The translations under genes and the position numbers were made by a program. DNA of 64,000 nucleotides from Patescibacteria group bacterium (GTDB taxonomy: Bacteria > Patescibacteriota > Patescibacteriia > Patescibacteriales > UBA12465). Shown one piece after another: positions 28,881 through 38,100 of the stretch (its first letter is position 1; each line of letters opens with the position of its first letter). The notes beneath the pieces are model-generated. The model was not told the origin of the DNA. It saw only the letters and a program-made list of their open reading frames with translations, and ran no database searches. The stretch covers positions 36,213 to 100,212 of the forward strand of contig JAQUAK010000001.1 of assembly GCA_028687275.1 (NCBI GenBank), in the 5' to 3' direction.

Positions 28881-29430
28881 AGTTATAGGCAGCCGTGATG
28901 GCGGATTGATTTTTTTTGATTAAAGATTCTCCTTTATCAGCAAATTTTTCGGCAACAGTTTGCAGTAAGGTTTTTAGTTTAATAATTTTATTATGTTTAA
29001 TAAAGGCTCCGAGAATAACAGTGTTAACTATATTCTTGCCCAATAAATTTAAGGCTATATCTGTGGCGGGAGTGCTGTAGATATTGTTTGACTTTATTTT
29101 GTTTTTTAAAAGTTTGCTAATTTCCTCTGCTTCTAGGGGGCTATTTACAATCAGTTGTGTTGTTCTTTTGAGCCCAAGTAAAACTTCTTTCTCATTAAGA
29201 AGACTAGCGTCTTGCACAATTAAAATATCAGGTACTTGTACCTGTTCTCTAGTAATAATAGCTTCGTTATTAATGCGAACAAAGGATTGGATGGGAGCGC
29301 CACTTCTTTCTACGCCGAAGGCAGGAAAAGCTTGAGCAAAATACCCTTCATTAAAAGCAGCTAGAGCTAAAAGCTCAGCGGCTGTTACCACTCCTTGCCC
29401 GCCGCGACCATGAATACGAACTTGTATCAT
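28864..29430 (-). CDS. porG: Pyruvate:ferredoxin oxidoreductase gamma subunit
   Basis: 'IRIHGRGGQGVVTAAELLALAA' N-terminus is typical of the gamma subunit. Overlaps the porD start by 17 nt. Confidence 0.9.
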   Translation of the reverse strand: MIQVRIHGRGGQGVVTAAELLALAAFNEGYFAQAFPAFGVERSGAPIQSFVRINNEAIITREQVQVPDILIVQDASLLNEKEVLLGLKRTTQLIVNSPLEAEEISKLLKNKIKSNNIYSTPATDIALNLLGKNIVNTVILGAFIKHNKIIKLKTLLQTVAEKFADKGESLIKKNQSAITAAYNYVSKK

Positions 29431-29444
29431 AATAGTTGTGTTTT

Positions 29445-30197
29445 TTATTGCGCTAACAGGCCGTCAAGGATGTTGGTGAAATATTCTTCTGGGTAATGGC
29501 CAGTAATTTTGTAGCGATTAATAAACCAAGTGGGAGTACCAGATAATCCTAGCAGTTCAGCGTCAGAAAAATCATCATTAAGACGGTATAAATAAGTTTT
29601 TTCATCCAGACAAGTGGAGAAATCAGTGGTGTTCAATTTAAGCTCACCGGATAAGTTTTTTAATTTATCTGTTAGGGCGGTGCCGGCTAGAGGTATTAGT
29701 TCATCTTGCCTAGCAAAAAGTAAATCATTCATTTCCCAAAATTTATTTTGCACGCCAGCACAATTACCGGCTAAGGCTAATTCAATTGAGTTGGTGTGTA
29801 GAGGGTAGTCACGAAAGGTAATGCGAATACTATCACCATATTTATTAGCTAAATTACGCACAACCGGAGCCGATTCTTTACAATAGGGGCAAGCATAGTC
29901 AGAAAAAATGACAATTTTTATCTTGGCATTAATTGGCCCTAGGCTATAGTTTTCTCCTCGGCCATCAATCGCTTGTGTAATTTTCTGTATTTCCGCGTCT
30001 TGATTAAGCTCTGTTTGATTGTTTTGAATATCTTTAACTTGACTAATAACATAATTAGTCGATGCGATTATGACCAATAAAATAATTAATCCTAAAATGA
30101 TGGCAATTATCCCCCACCATTTTTTATACCAAGGGCGGAGCTTATTTTTATGCCTGCCTTTCATTTCTAAATATTCAATGCGTTCATTTAAACTCAT
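29445..30197 (-). CDS. Membrane-anchored DsbA-like thiol:disulfide oxidoreductase
   Basis: N-terminal TM 'WWGIIAIILGLIILLVIIAS'. Thioredoxin-fold active site 'CPYC' in 'FSDYACPYCKE'. DsbA-like C-terminal 'GTPTWFIN'. Ends 14 nt upstream of porG. Confidence 0.8.
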   Translation of the reverse strand: MSLNERIEYLEMKGRHKNKLRPWYKKWWGIIAIILGLIILLVIIASTNYVISQVKDIQNNQTELNQDAEIQKITQAIDGRGENYSLGPINAKIKIVIFSDYACPYCKESAPVVRNLANKYGDSIRITFRDYPLHTNSIELALAGNCAGVQNKFWEMNDLLFARQDELIPLAGTALTDKLKNLSGELKLNTTDFSTCLDEKTYLYRLNDDFSDAELLGLSGTPTWFINRYKITGHYPEEYFTNILDGLLAQ

Positions 30198-30257
30198 ATA
30201 TTTAATTGAAAAAAGATGTTTTTTTCTTTATACTTAATAAGCATTTAATTTGATTAT

Positions 30258-30266
30258 ATTATATCA
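30258..30266 (-). promoter_or_regulatory. Candidate extended -10 element (TGATATAAT) for the dsbA-por-pilin operon
   Basis: The minus-strand sequence reads TGATATAATATAAT, about 60 nt upstream of ATG30197. No good -35 element. Confidence 0.3.
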
Positions 30267-30316
30267 TATGCATCGTTTTGTGGCTATTTGCTTGTCATTA
30301 GCGTTAAAATTTATTT

Positions 30317-31075
30317 ATGAAAATTATTTCTTGGAATATTAACGGAATTAGAGCAGTTTTAAAAAAGGGCTTTATTGATTTTTTAGAGCAAGAAAAGCCA
30401 GATATTGTCTGTTTGCAGGAGACTAAAATTGATGATGATACTCGACTCAGCTTGAATTTAGAATTTGATGGCTATCAATCTTTTTGGCATGGGGCTAAGA
30501 GGCCTGGCTATAGCGGAACTGCTATTTTAGTTAAAAGTAGCTTGAAGTATAGCGTTAAAAATGGCTTCGGTTTTCCAATTTATGATCAAGAGGGCAGGGT
30601 ACAAATTTTAGAATTTGAAAAAGCTTATTTGTTAAATGTTTATTTTCCCAATGCTAATCAAGAATTAAGTCGTTTGCCCTATCGCTTGGCTTTTAATGAG
30701 GAATTGCTTAAATTCATTCAAAAACTTGAGCAGAAAAAGCCAGTTATTATCACTGGGGATTTTAATGTTGCTCATCAGGAGATTGACTTAGCTCGACCTA
30801 AAGCCAATGAAGGTAGTGCCGGTTTTACCAAAGAAGAAAGATCTTGGTTTTCTAAGCTTATTAACGCTGGATATTTAGATTCTTTTCGCTTGCTTAATCC
30901 TGATAAAATCCAGTATTCTTGGTGGAGTTTTAGGGCGGCAGCACGCTCACGCAATGTCGGTTGGCGGATTGACTATTTTGTAATTTCCGCTAAACTTAGA
31001 AAAAAGATAAGTAAGGCTTTTATTTTAGACCAAGTGCAGGGATCGGACCATGCACCGGTTGGAATTGAGCTTTAA
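30317..31075 (+). CDS. xth: Exodeoxyribonuclease III (AP endonuclease)
   Basis: 'SWNINGIRA', 'CLQETK', 'GDFNVAH', 'GSDHAPV' match ExoIII/APE1-family blocks. Confidence 0.93.
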   Translation: MKIISWNINGIRAVLKKGFIDFLEQEKPDIVCLQETKIDDDTRLSLNLEFDGYQSFWHGAKRPGYSGTAILVKSSLKYSVKNGFGFPIYDQEGRVQILEFEKAYLLNVYFPNANQELSRLPYRLAFNEELLKFIQKLEQKKPVIITGDFNVAHQEIDLARPKANEGSAGFTKEERSWFSKLINAGYLDSFRLLNPDKIQYSWWSFRAAARSRNVGWRIDYFVISAKLRKKISKAFILDQVQGSDHAPVGIEL

Positions 31076-31084
31076 ATAAGATAT

Positions 31085-33505
31085 ATGTACGATCATCGTC
31101 AAATTGAAAAGAAGTGGCAAGAGCAATGGGTGAATAGTCATTTATATCAAATTCAGGATGATAAGTCTCTTCCTAAATATTATGTTTTAGACATGTTTCC
31201 TTATCCCTCTGGAGAAGGTTTGCATGTTGGTCATCCTAAAGGCTATATTGCGACTGATATTATTGCTCGTAAAAAGAGAATGGAAGGCTTTCAAGTTTTA
31301 CACCCAATGGGTTGGGATGCTTTTGGCTTGCCAGCTGAAAATTATGCTATTAAAAATAAAGTCCATCCTAAAGTGGCCATGGATAAGAATATTAAAAATT
31401 TCAAGCGTCAATTAAATTTATTGGGCTTTTCCTATGATTGGAGTCGAGAGATTAATACCACTGACCCCAGTTATTATCGTTGGACACAGTGGATATTTTT
31501 ACAAATGTGGCGCAAGGGTTTAGCCTATGAATCTTTTGCTCCGATTAATTGGTGTCCATCTTGTCAGACCGGTTTAGCCAATGAGGATTTAGAGGATGGT
31601 CATTGTGAACGTTGTGGAACTTTAGTAGAACAACGCCCGATGCGTCAGTGGGTTTTAAAAATTACTGATTATGCGGACCGTTTATTAACAGACCTAGATA
31701 AATTACCTGACTGGGAGGAAGCGATTAAAGAAATGCAACGCAACTGGATTGGACGCAGTGAGGGGACAGAAATAGAATTTAAGATTAGCAATTCTGAAGA
31801 TATAATAACGGTTTTTACCACTCGAGTTGATACAATTTTTGGTTGCACTTATGTTGTGCTAGCCCCTGAAAATGAATTAGTGCAAAAATTGAAAGCAAGT
31901 ATAAAAAATTGGTCGGAAGTTGAAAAATATATTGAAGAAGTTAAAAATAAAACTGATTTACAGCGGACAGATTTAAATAAAGAAAAAACGGGCATGGTTT
32001 TAGACGGCGTGCTTGCTATCAATCCTTTTAATCAAGAAAAAGTGGAGGTTTATGTAGCTGATTACGTCTTAAATTCCTATGGCACTGGAGCGGTAATGGC
32101 CGTGCCTGCTCATGATGAGCGTGATTTCGAATTTGCAGAAAGGCACAATCTTCTTATTCGTCGGGTTATAGTTGATGAGAGTAAAAGGGTTGATTTCGAA
32201 ATCGCTTACACAGATGATGGTGAATTAATTAATTCAGGAGATTTTTCTGGTTTAAGCTCTAAGGAGGCGCGTGAGAAAATGTCTGATTATTTGGTGTCGA
32301 TTAACAAAGGCAGAAAAAAAATAAATTATAAAATTAAAGATTGGGTTTATTCTCGTCAGCGTTATTGGGGTGAGCCGATTCCTTTAATTCATTGTGATAA
32401 GTGTGGCGTAGTCGCGGTGCCGGAAGAAAACTTACCGGTAATTTTACCAGAGGTTGAAAGTTATCAGCCGACTGGCACAGGCGAATCACCTTTAGCAGCT
32501 ATTACTGACTGGGTAAATGTAGACTGTCCTCAATGTGGTGGCCAGGCAAAAAGAGAAACAAACACCATGCCACAATGGGGTGGCTCTTGCTGGTATTATC
32601 TACGTTATCTTGATCCTAAAAATGATCAGGACTTAGTGGCGAGCGATAAGGATAAATATTGGTCTCCAGTTGACCTTTATGTCGGCGGTGCGGAGCATGC
32701 TACTCGTCATCTTATTTACGCTCGTTTTTGGCATAAGTTTTTATTTGATATTGGTGTCGTTAATTATGATGAGCCTTTTACTCGTTTAAAGCATGTTGGT
32801 TTAATTATGGGTGAAGACGGTCGTAAAATGAGTAAGCGCTGGGGTAATGTTATTAACCCTGACGACATGACTGAGCGTTTTGGAGCTGATGCCCTACGTA
32901 TTTACGAAATGTTTATGGGCCCCTTTGACCAAGCTGCCGCTTGGAACACTAATGGTTTATCGGGAACGAGAAAGTTTTTAGAAAAGGTGAATAATACTTC
33001 CTTTGATCTATCTATTAAAGAAGATAGAAAGATTGTTTCTCTACTACATAAGACTATTAAGAAAGTGAGTGAAGATATTAATGAATTCCATTTTAATACC
33101 GCTGTTTCTGCTCTGATGATTTTAATCAATGCTATTACTGAATATAGACAAGCTAAACAGTTATCTCCTTTAACTAGGGAGCAGTGGGACTCTTTCTTGC
33201 AAATCTTATCTCCCTTTGCCCCTCATTTAAGTGAAGAATTATGGTCTCAGAATGGGCATGAGTCTAGTATTTTTCTATCTAGTTGGCCTATTTATGAAGA
33301 AAAATTAATAAAAGACGAAGTGACAAATTATATAATTCAGGTTAATGGTAAGCTAAGAGCACAAATTGAGATGCCAGCTGAGGCTAGCGAAGATGAAGTT
33401 ATTACTAAGGCCAAGGCTGATGTTAATGTTGTAAAATGGTTGGAGGGAAAAGAAATAAAAAAAAGTATTTATGTGTCTGGACGTTTAGTTAATTTTGTCG
33501 TTTAA
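31085..33505 (+). CDS. leuS: Leucine--tRNA ligase
   Basis: HIGH motif 'HVGHPKGY', KMSKS motif 'KMSKRWGN', CP1 editing domain blocks, Zn-type Cys pairs. Confidence 0.96.
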   Translation: MYDHRQIEKKWQEQWVNSHLYQIQDDKSLPKYYVLDMFPYPSGEGLHVGHPKGYIATDIIARKKRMEGFQVLHPMGWDAFGLPAENYAIKNKVHPKVAMDKNIKNFKRQLNLLGFSYDWSREINTTDPSYYRWTQWIFLQMWRKGLAYESFAPINWCPSCQTGLANEDLEDGHCERCGTLVEQRPMRQWVLKITDYADRLLTDLDKLPDWEEAIKEMQRNWIGRSEGTEIEFKISNSEDIITVFTTRVDTIFGCTYVVLAPENELVQKLKASIKNWSEVEKYIEEVKNKTDLQRTDLNKEKTGMVLDGVLAINPFNQEKVEVYVADYVLNSYGTGAVMAVPAHDERDFEFAERHNLLIRRVIVDESKRVDFEIAYTDDGELINSGDFSGLSSKEAREKMSDYLVSINKGRKKINYKIKDWVYSRQRYWGEPIPLIHCDKCGVVAVPEENLPVILPEVESYQPTGTGESPLAAITDWVNVDCPQCGGQAKRETNTMPQWGGSCWYYLRYLDPKNDQDLVASDKDKYWSPVDLYVGGAEHATRHLIYARFWHKFLFDIGVVNYDEPFTRLKHVGLIMGEDGRKMSKRWGNVINPDDMTERFGADALRIYEMFMGPFDQAAAWNTNGLSGTRKFLEKVNNTSFDLSIKEDRKIVSLLHKTIKKVSEDINEFHFNTAVSALMILINAITEYRQAKQLSPLTREQWDSFLQILSPFAPHLSEELWSQNGHESSIFLSSWPIYEEKLIKDEVTNYIIQVNGKLRAQIEMPAEASEDEVITKAKADVNVVKWLEGKEIKKSIYVSGRLVNFVV

Positions 33506-33525
33506 TTTTATTTACCAAAGAGTAT

Positions 33526-34380
33526 ATGGAAAATATTGCTGCTAAAACTAAAGAACTTTGTCGTATTTATGATATCAAGCCTGCTCGCAGCAAGGGCCAG
33601 AATTTTCTAATTAATGACGGTATTTATAAAGCGATTGTAAATGCTGCTAAAATAGATGAGAAAGACACGGTACTTGAAGTGGGTCCAGGGCTTGGTTTTT
33701 TAACAGCTGAACTTTCTAAAAGGGCGGCGCGAGTGATCGCAGTTGAGCTAGATGATAAGTTGGCTGGTATTTTGACGATTGCGATTGATTCTCAGGGAGT
33801 AGAAAATGTAGAGATAATTAATCAAGATATTTTAAACTTTAATCCAGCGGAACATTTTTCGACTGATGAACCTTATCGTATTGTTGCCAACTTACCTTAT
33901 AACATAACCTCCATTTTTTTACGTACTTTTTTAACTTCAGCGCGTCCACCAAAATCATTAGTTGTGATGTTGCAAAAAGAGGTGGCAGAAAGAATCATTA
34001 CGACCGCGCCTGATATGACCATGTTGTCTTTATCAGTACAGTACTATGGCGCTCCAAGTATTGTTAAGATTGTTCCAGCTTCGGATTTTTGGCCAGCGCC
34101 AGCCGTAGATAGTGCGATTTTGCATTTTTCTTATAATCGCCCCATGCCCACTCCAGAATCATTAGCGATTGATAAAAATTTTTTTCGGATTGCTCGTATT
34201 GGCTTCAGTGCTAAACGTAAAATGATGAAAAATAATTTAATGGGAGGGCTAAAATTAAGTGCTGAGAAGGTTGAAAAAGCTTTGTTGGAGGCGGATATTG
34301 ATTTAAAGACTCGGGCTGAAGATTTAAGCTTAGAAAAATGGCAGCGTTTAGTTGCGAGCATCACTCCTTTTGTGTTATAA
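33526..34380 (+). CDS. rsmA: 16S rRNA (adenine1518/1519-N6)-dimethyltransferase RsmA/KsgA
   Basis: 'KGQNFL', SAM motif 'VLEVGPGLGFLT', 'ANLPYNITS'. Confidence 0.93.
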   Translation: MENIAAKTKELCRIYDIKPARSKGQNFLINDGIYKAIVNAAKIDEKDTVLEVGPGLGFLTAELSKRAARVIAVELDDKLAGILTIAIDSQGVENVEIINQDILNFNPAEHFSTDEPYRIVANLPYNITSIFLRTFLTSARPPKSLVVMLQKEVAERIITTAPDMTMLSLSVQYYGAPSIVKIVPASDFWPAPAVDSAILHFSYNRPMPTPESLAIDKNFFRIARIGFSAKRKMMKNNLMGGLKLSAEKVEKALLEADIDLKTRAEDLSLEKWQRLVASITPFVL

Positions 34381-34429
34381 TTTTAGTAATCTAGTTTTTC
34401 TCGTTGTTAATAAAACGCTAAGATTACTT

Positions 34430-35074
34430 ATGCCTAAAAATTTAAATGACCCATTAAATAATGAGAATCGTCCCTCATTTTTAAAAAGTTTACCCAAACC
34501 ACAACGGATTGCTTTTTTAAGCTTGTCTGTTATCAGTTTGGGTATTATTGTTTTATGGGTTTGGCAATTTAATAATCGCCTTTCTAGCCCTTTTTATATA
34601 CCTACAAATCAGCAGTCTAACATTACTACTGATACCAGTGAATTTGAAATTGCTTTACTAAATTTCGACACTGATAGTGATGGCTTAACTGACACGGAAG
34701 AAAGAAGCCTGTATGGCACATCGCCTTATTTAGAAGATACCGATAGTGACGGAATTTCTGATCGTGAGGAAATTGAAAATGGTACTGATCCTAATTGTGC
34801 TACTGGTCAAGATTGTAGCGGCGCCATTGCAGTTACTCCTACTGTTAGTACAACTACGATAGTGACTTTGCCGAGTAACGACACCGCTATGAGTGATAGT
34901 GGCAGTGAGGATAATTTACAGCTCATGATGTCTGGACAGGCTGATGTAGCTCAATTGAGAGCTTTGTTACTTGATAGCGGGGCTGATGCTACCATGTTAC
35001 AGCAATTAAGTGATGAGGAATTACTTAAAGCCTATCAGGAAATGTTGGCTGGTCAAGAGACTAGCGCTCAATAG
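34430..35074 (+). CDS. Membrane-anchored protein with thrombospondin type-3-like Ca-binding repeats
   Basis: The track ORF starts at 34352, inside rsmA. ATG34430 (MPKNLND) is more plausible. TM 'IAFLSLSVISLGIIVLWVW'. Two 'DTDSDG(L/I)(T/S)D.EE' repeats at nt ~34661-34800. Confidence 0.65.
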   Translation: MPKNLNDPLNNENRPSFLKSLPKPQRIAFLSLSVISLGIIVLWVWQFNNRLSSPFYIPTNQQSNITTDTSEFEIALLNFDTDSDGLTDTEERSLYGTSPYLEDTDSDGISDREEIENGTDPNCATGQDCSGAIAVTPTVSTTTIVTLPSNDTAMSDSGSEDNLQLMMSGQADVAQLRALLLDSGADATMLQQLSDEELLKAYQEMLAGQETSAQ

Positions 35075-35115
35075 TTTATTTATTATTTTTTTGAAGATTT
35101 TTAGCGGGAAATATT

Positions 35116-38100
35116 ATGAAAAACCGATCAAACTCTTTTTTCACACGGCAAAAAGTAGTCAGTCTGATTATTTTGTCTTTTTTTGCTACCTCACTTTTTG
35201 TCTTAGCTCCAAGTCCTGTAAATGCACAGACTGATGCTAACCAGGCGGTGAATAACGTGTTAACACCAATTTGGGCCTTTCTTAAGAAGGCTTATGAAAA
35301 GGGAGGTGCTTCAGCTTTTCAAAAAACTGTTAGAACCGCTTTAAATAAAGTTGCTTTTGATACCGCTACTTGGCTTGGCTCTGGCAAAGAGGGCCAAAAA
35401 CCAATGTTTGTTGATAATTTCTGGGGTTATATTGGAAGTATTGGCGATGAGGCTGCCGGCCAGTTTATTGAAGATGCGGTTAGTAATTGGAACAGAAATG
35501 ATTGGGATAATAGTGAGTCTGATAAAACTGCTTGTCAACAACCATATGCTCAATGTTTAGCTAGCTGTGACCCTGAATTTAGCTCTACTCCTCTGGATGA
35601 AGAGGATGATTGTAAAAATAAATGTAATTCTACTTACGCTACCTGTTTAAATAAATCATCAATTGATGCTGGTGGAACTACGACAACTGGTCGTGATGGT
35701 GTTACTAGTCGACAGTCTAATAATACAGTGTCCGTTTGTCAGCCATCATCCATTGACGCTAAGTTAAGAATTGCCATGGGCTTAGTTGATTATAATCGTC
35801 CTCAGGCTCCAAACTGTAGCGCCTCGGAGTTGATTAGTAATTGGGGCGATTATGCTGAACGCATGACTGCTTTTAAAGATCCAGATTTTTTAGATAATTT
35901 TTCTAATCTTTTCAATCCAGTTTCTAATGATTTGGGTATTTATTATACCCTACGCACGGACATGACTAAGACTATAGATGATAATTTGATAAAGACTGAA
36001 AAGAAGTTGATTGCCGACGGTGGTTGGTTGGATATGCAAGATATTGCTGGTAATTTGGTAGGAATGCCTGGTGATGCGGAAACTAAAGCAGAGATAGCTG
36101 AACAGGGATATATCAATAATATGGCGACTTTCTCCGGAGACGCTTTAATTGACGCGGCTAATGTTTTCTTGAACCAATTAGCTATGACTGCCTATAGTAA
36201 GTACATGAGTAATTTAGGTAAAGTTGCTTCTAGTAATAGTTCAAGTATAAATAATCCGAATTCTGACCCTAATATTCGCTACGGTGAGGCAGCTGTTAGA
36301 GAAAGCGCCGCTAGTATTATTGAGCCTGACTTTGGCGTTAGAGCTGATTACGATATTTTATCAACTTTAAGCATGTGTCGTGATCGTGAAAATCCAGGAC
36401 CAACTGACTGCGTGATTGATGATAAGTTAATGCAAGCAATTACTGAGAAGAAAACTGTGGCCGAGGCGGTAAAAGATGGCTATTTACATAAAAATTGGTT
36501 ATTTAGTACTGATTATCTCGAGGGTAATTATAATTTGCGTAACTTAGAAATTATGCGCAAATATCGCTTGATTCCGGTTAGTTGGGAGGTGGCCGCCGCC
36601 GCCAATAAACAGGCCAGCTTAATTGATTTGATATCTTGCTTTAGTGCTAGTGATGATTATAACGAGTATAGTTCTAACTTTAATGTTGGTAATCAGACTT
36701 GGTGTCGAAATTTAGTCGATCCTAATTGGGTCTTAAAAGCACCTTTAAATTATTGCGCTAAGCAGGGCTATAGTGCTCAAATTTTTGATATTTCCGTTAT
36801 CCCAACTGGAATTGACGGGCAGGCTGATACTATTCAAATTACTCGTGCGGATGATTACTGCGCCGATGAGCAAAGCTGTATTCAAGAACGGGCTGATGGT
36901 AGTTGCGAAGCTTATGGTTATTGTCAGTCGGAGAGACGTACTTGGAGTTTTGATTCTAAATCATGTGAGCCGATTAACAATACTTGTAGTTCCTTTATTA
37001 ACACTAGCAGCAATCAACGTACTTCCTATTTAGAAAATACTTTAGATTATGCTAATTGTAATGCTGATAGCGTCGGTTGTAAGCGTTATTCTTTGTTTGG
37101 CATTTATGATACTGACAGTGGGCAGGTTAATTGGTCTGAGAGTACTAATAATAGTACCTATTTTAATAATAATTTAAGTAATTGTTCTCCAACTGATGAA
37201 GCTTGCACTGAAATGATTAGAGTAAAACCAGGCTGGGGTTTGAATTTAGTTATGGGAGCTGATTTTGCTAATGATAATATTGGCGATGCCATGAATAATT
37301 CACAGATAAATAAGTATTGGAATATTTGGTCGCCTGGTAATAAGGAGGCAGAAATTATTAGCGCCTCTGATTTAGATAGTAACTATAGTGGTAAAGTTTT
37401 ATTTTTAAAGTCGGCGAGCAATGCCGCTAGCTCGACTATAGGAGTTTTTTCTGATAACGCCGTGTCTCTAATCCCTGCCAATTTTAATATCTTATCCGAT
37501 GAAACCTATACTTTAAGTGCTGATGTCTATATTCAGAGTGGAGATAAGGTGCATCTTGTTTTAGGGGGTGATTATTTAGCGGCGGTAGAGACTCGCGATC
37601 AGGGTGTTTGGCGACATATTTCCGTCACTCGTAACCTTAAAGACAAACCTCTCTCAGAAATGGATTTCTCAGTGGTTGGTTATAGTAATGGCTCTGAAGT
37701 TGCTTTTGGGGTTAGAAATATAAAACTTGAAATGACCGCTTGGGACTCTGGTTTTTCTAATTATGGTAGCTTCAAAGTTTATGAGCAATTAATACCTTCT
37801 TATTTAGCAAGTGCTTGTTATGTGAATGCTGATCCAGGCAGCCCTGATTATCGTTTAAAAACTGACGCGCCTTCAATTTGTAAGGATTATGCTCGTCAAT
37901 GTAATCGTGAAGAGGTTGGTTGCGAGAGTTATAAAGAAGCTAGTACTGGCTTTACAGTAGCAGCGCAGGCAGTTTCTTCAGATTATTGTGACGCAAGTTG
38001 CAATGGTTATGATTTATATGTCTCTAAGTCTAGTTATTTCTATTCTCCATATGCCGAAAAAATGATTCCAGAAAATAGTAATGTTTGTGGAGCTGAAGCG

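Noticed and set aside
34352-34429. 5' extensions of track ORFs at 34352, 56331, 49995 and 6763
   Set aside because: Each extension overlaps the preceding gene or uses a rare start. An internal ATG just after the upstream stop gives a more sensible N-terminus (MPKNLND, MSEKNS, MMNKKNK, MPNTST).
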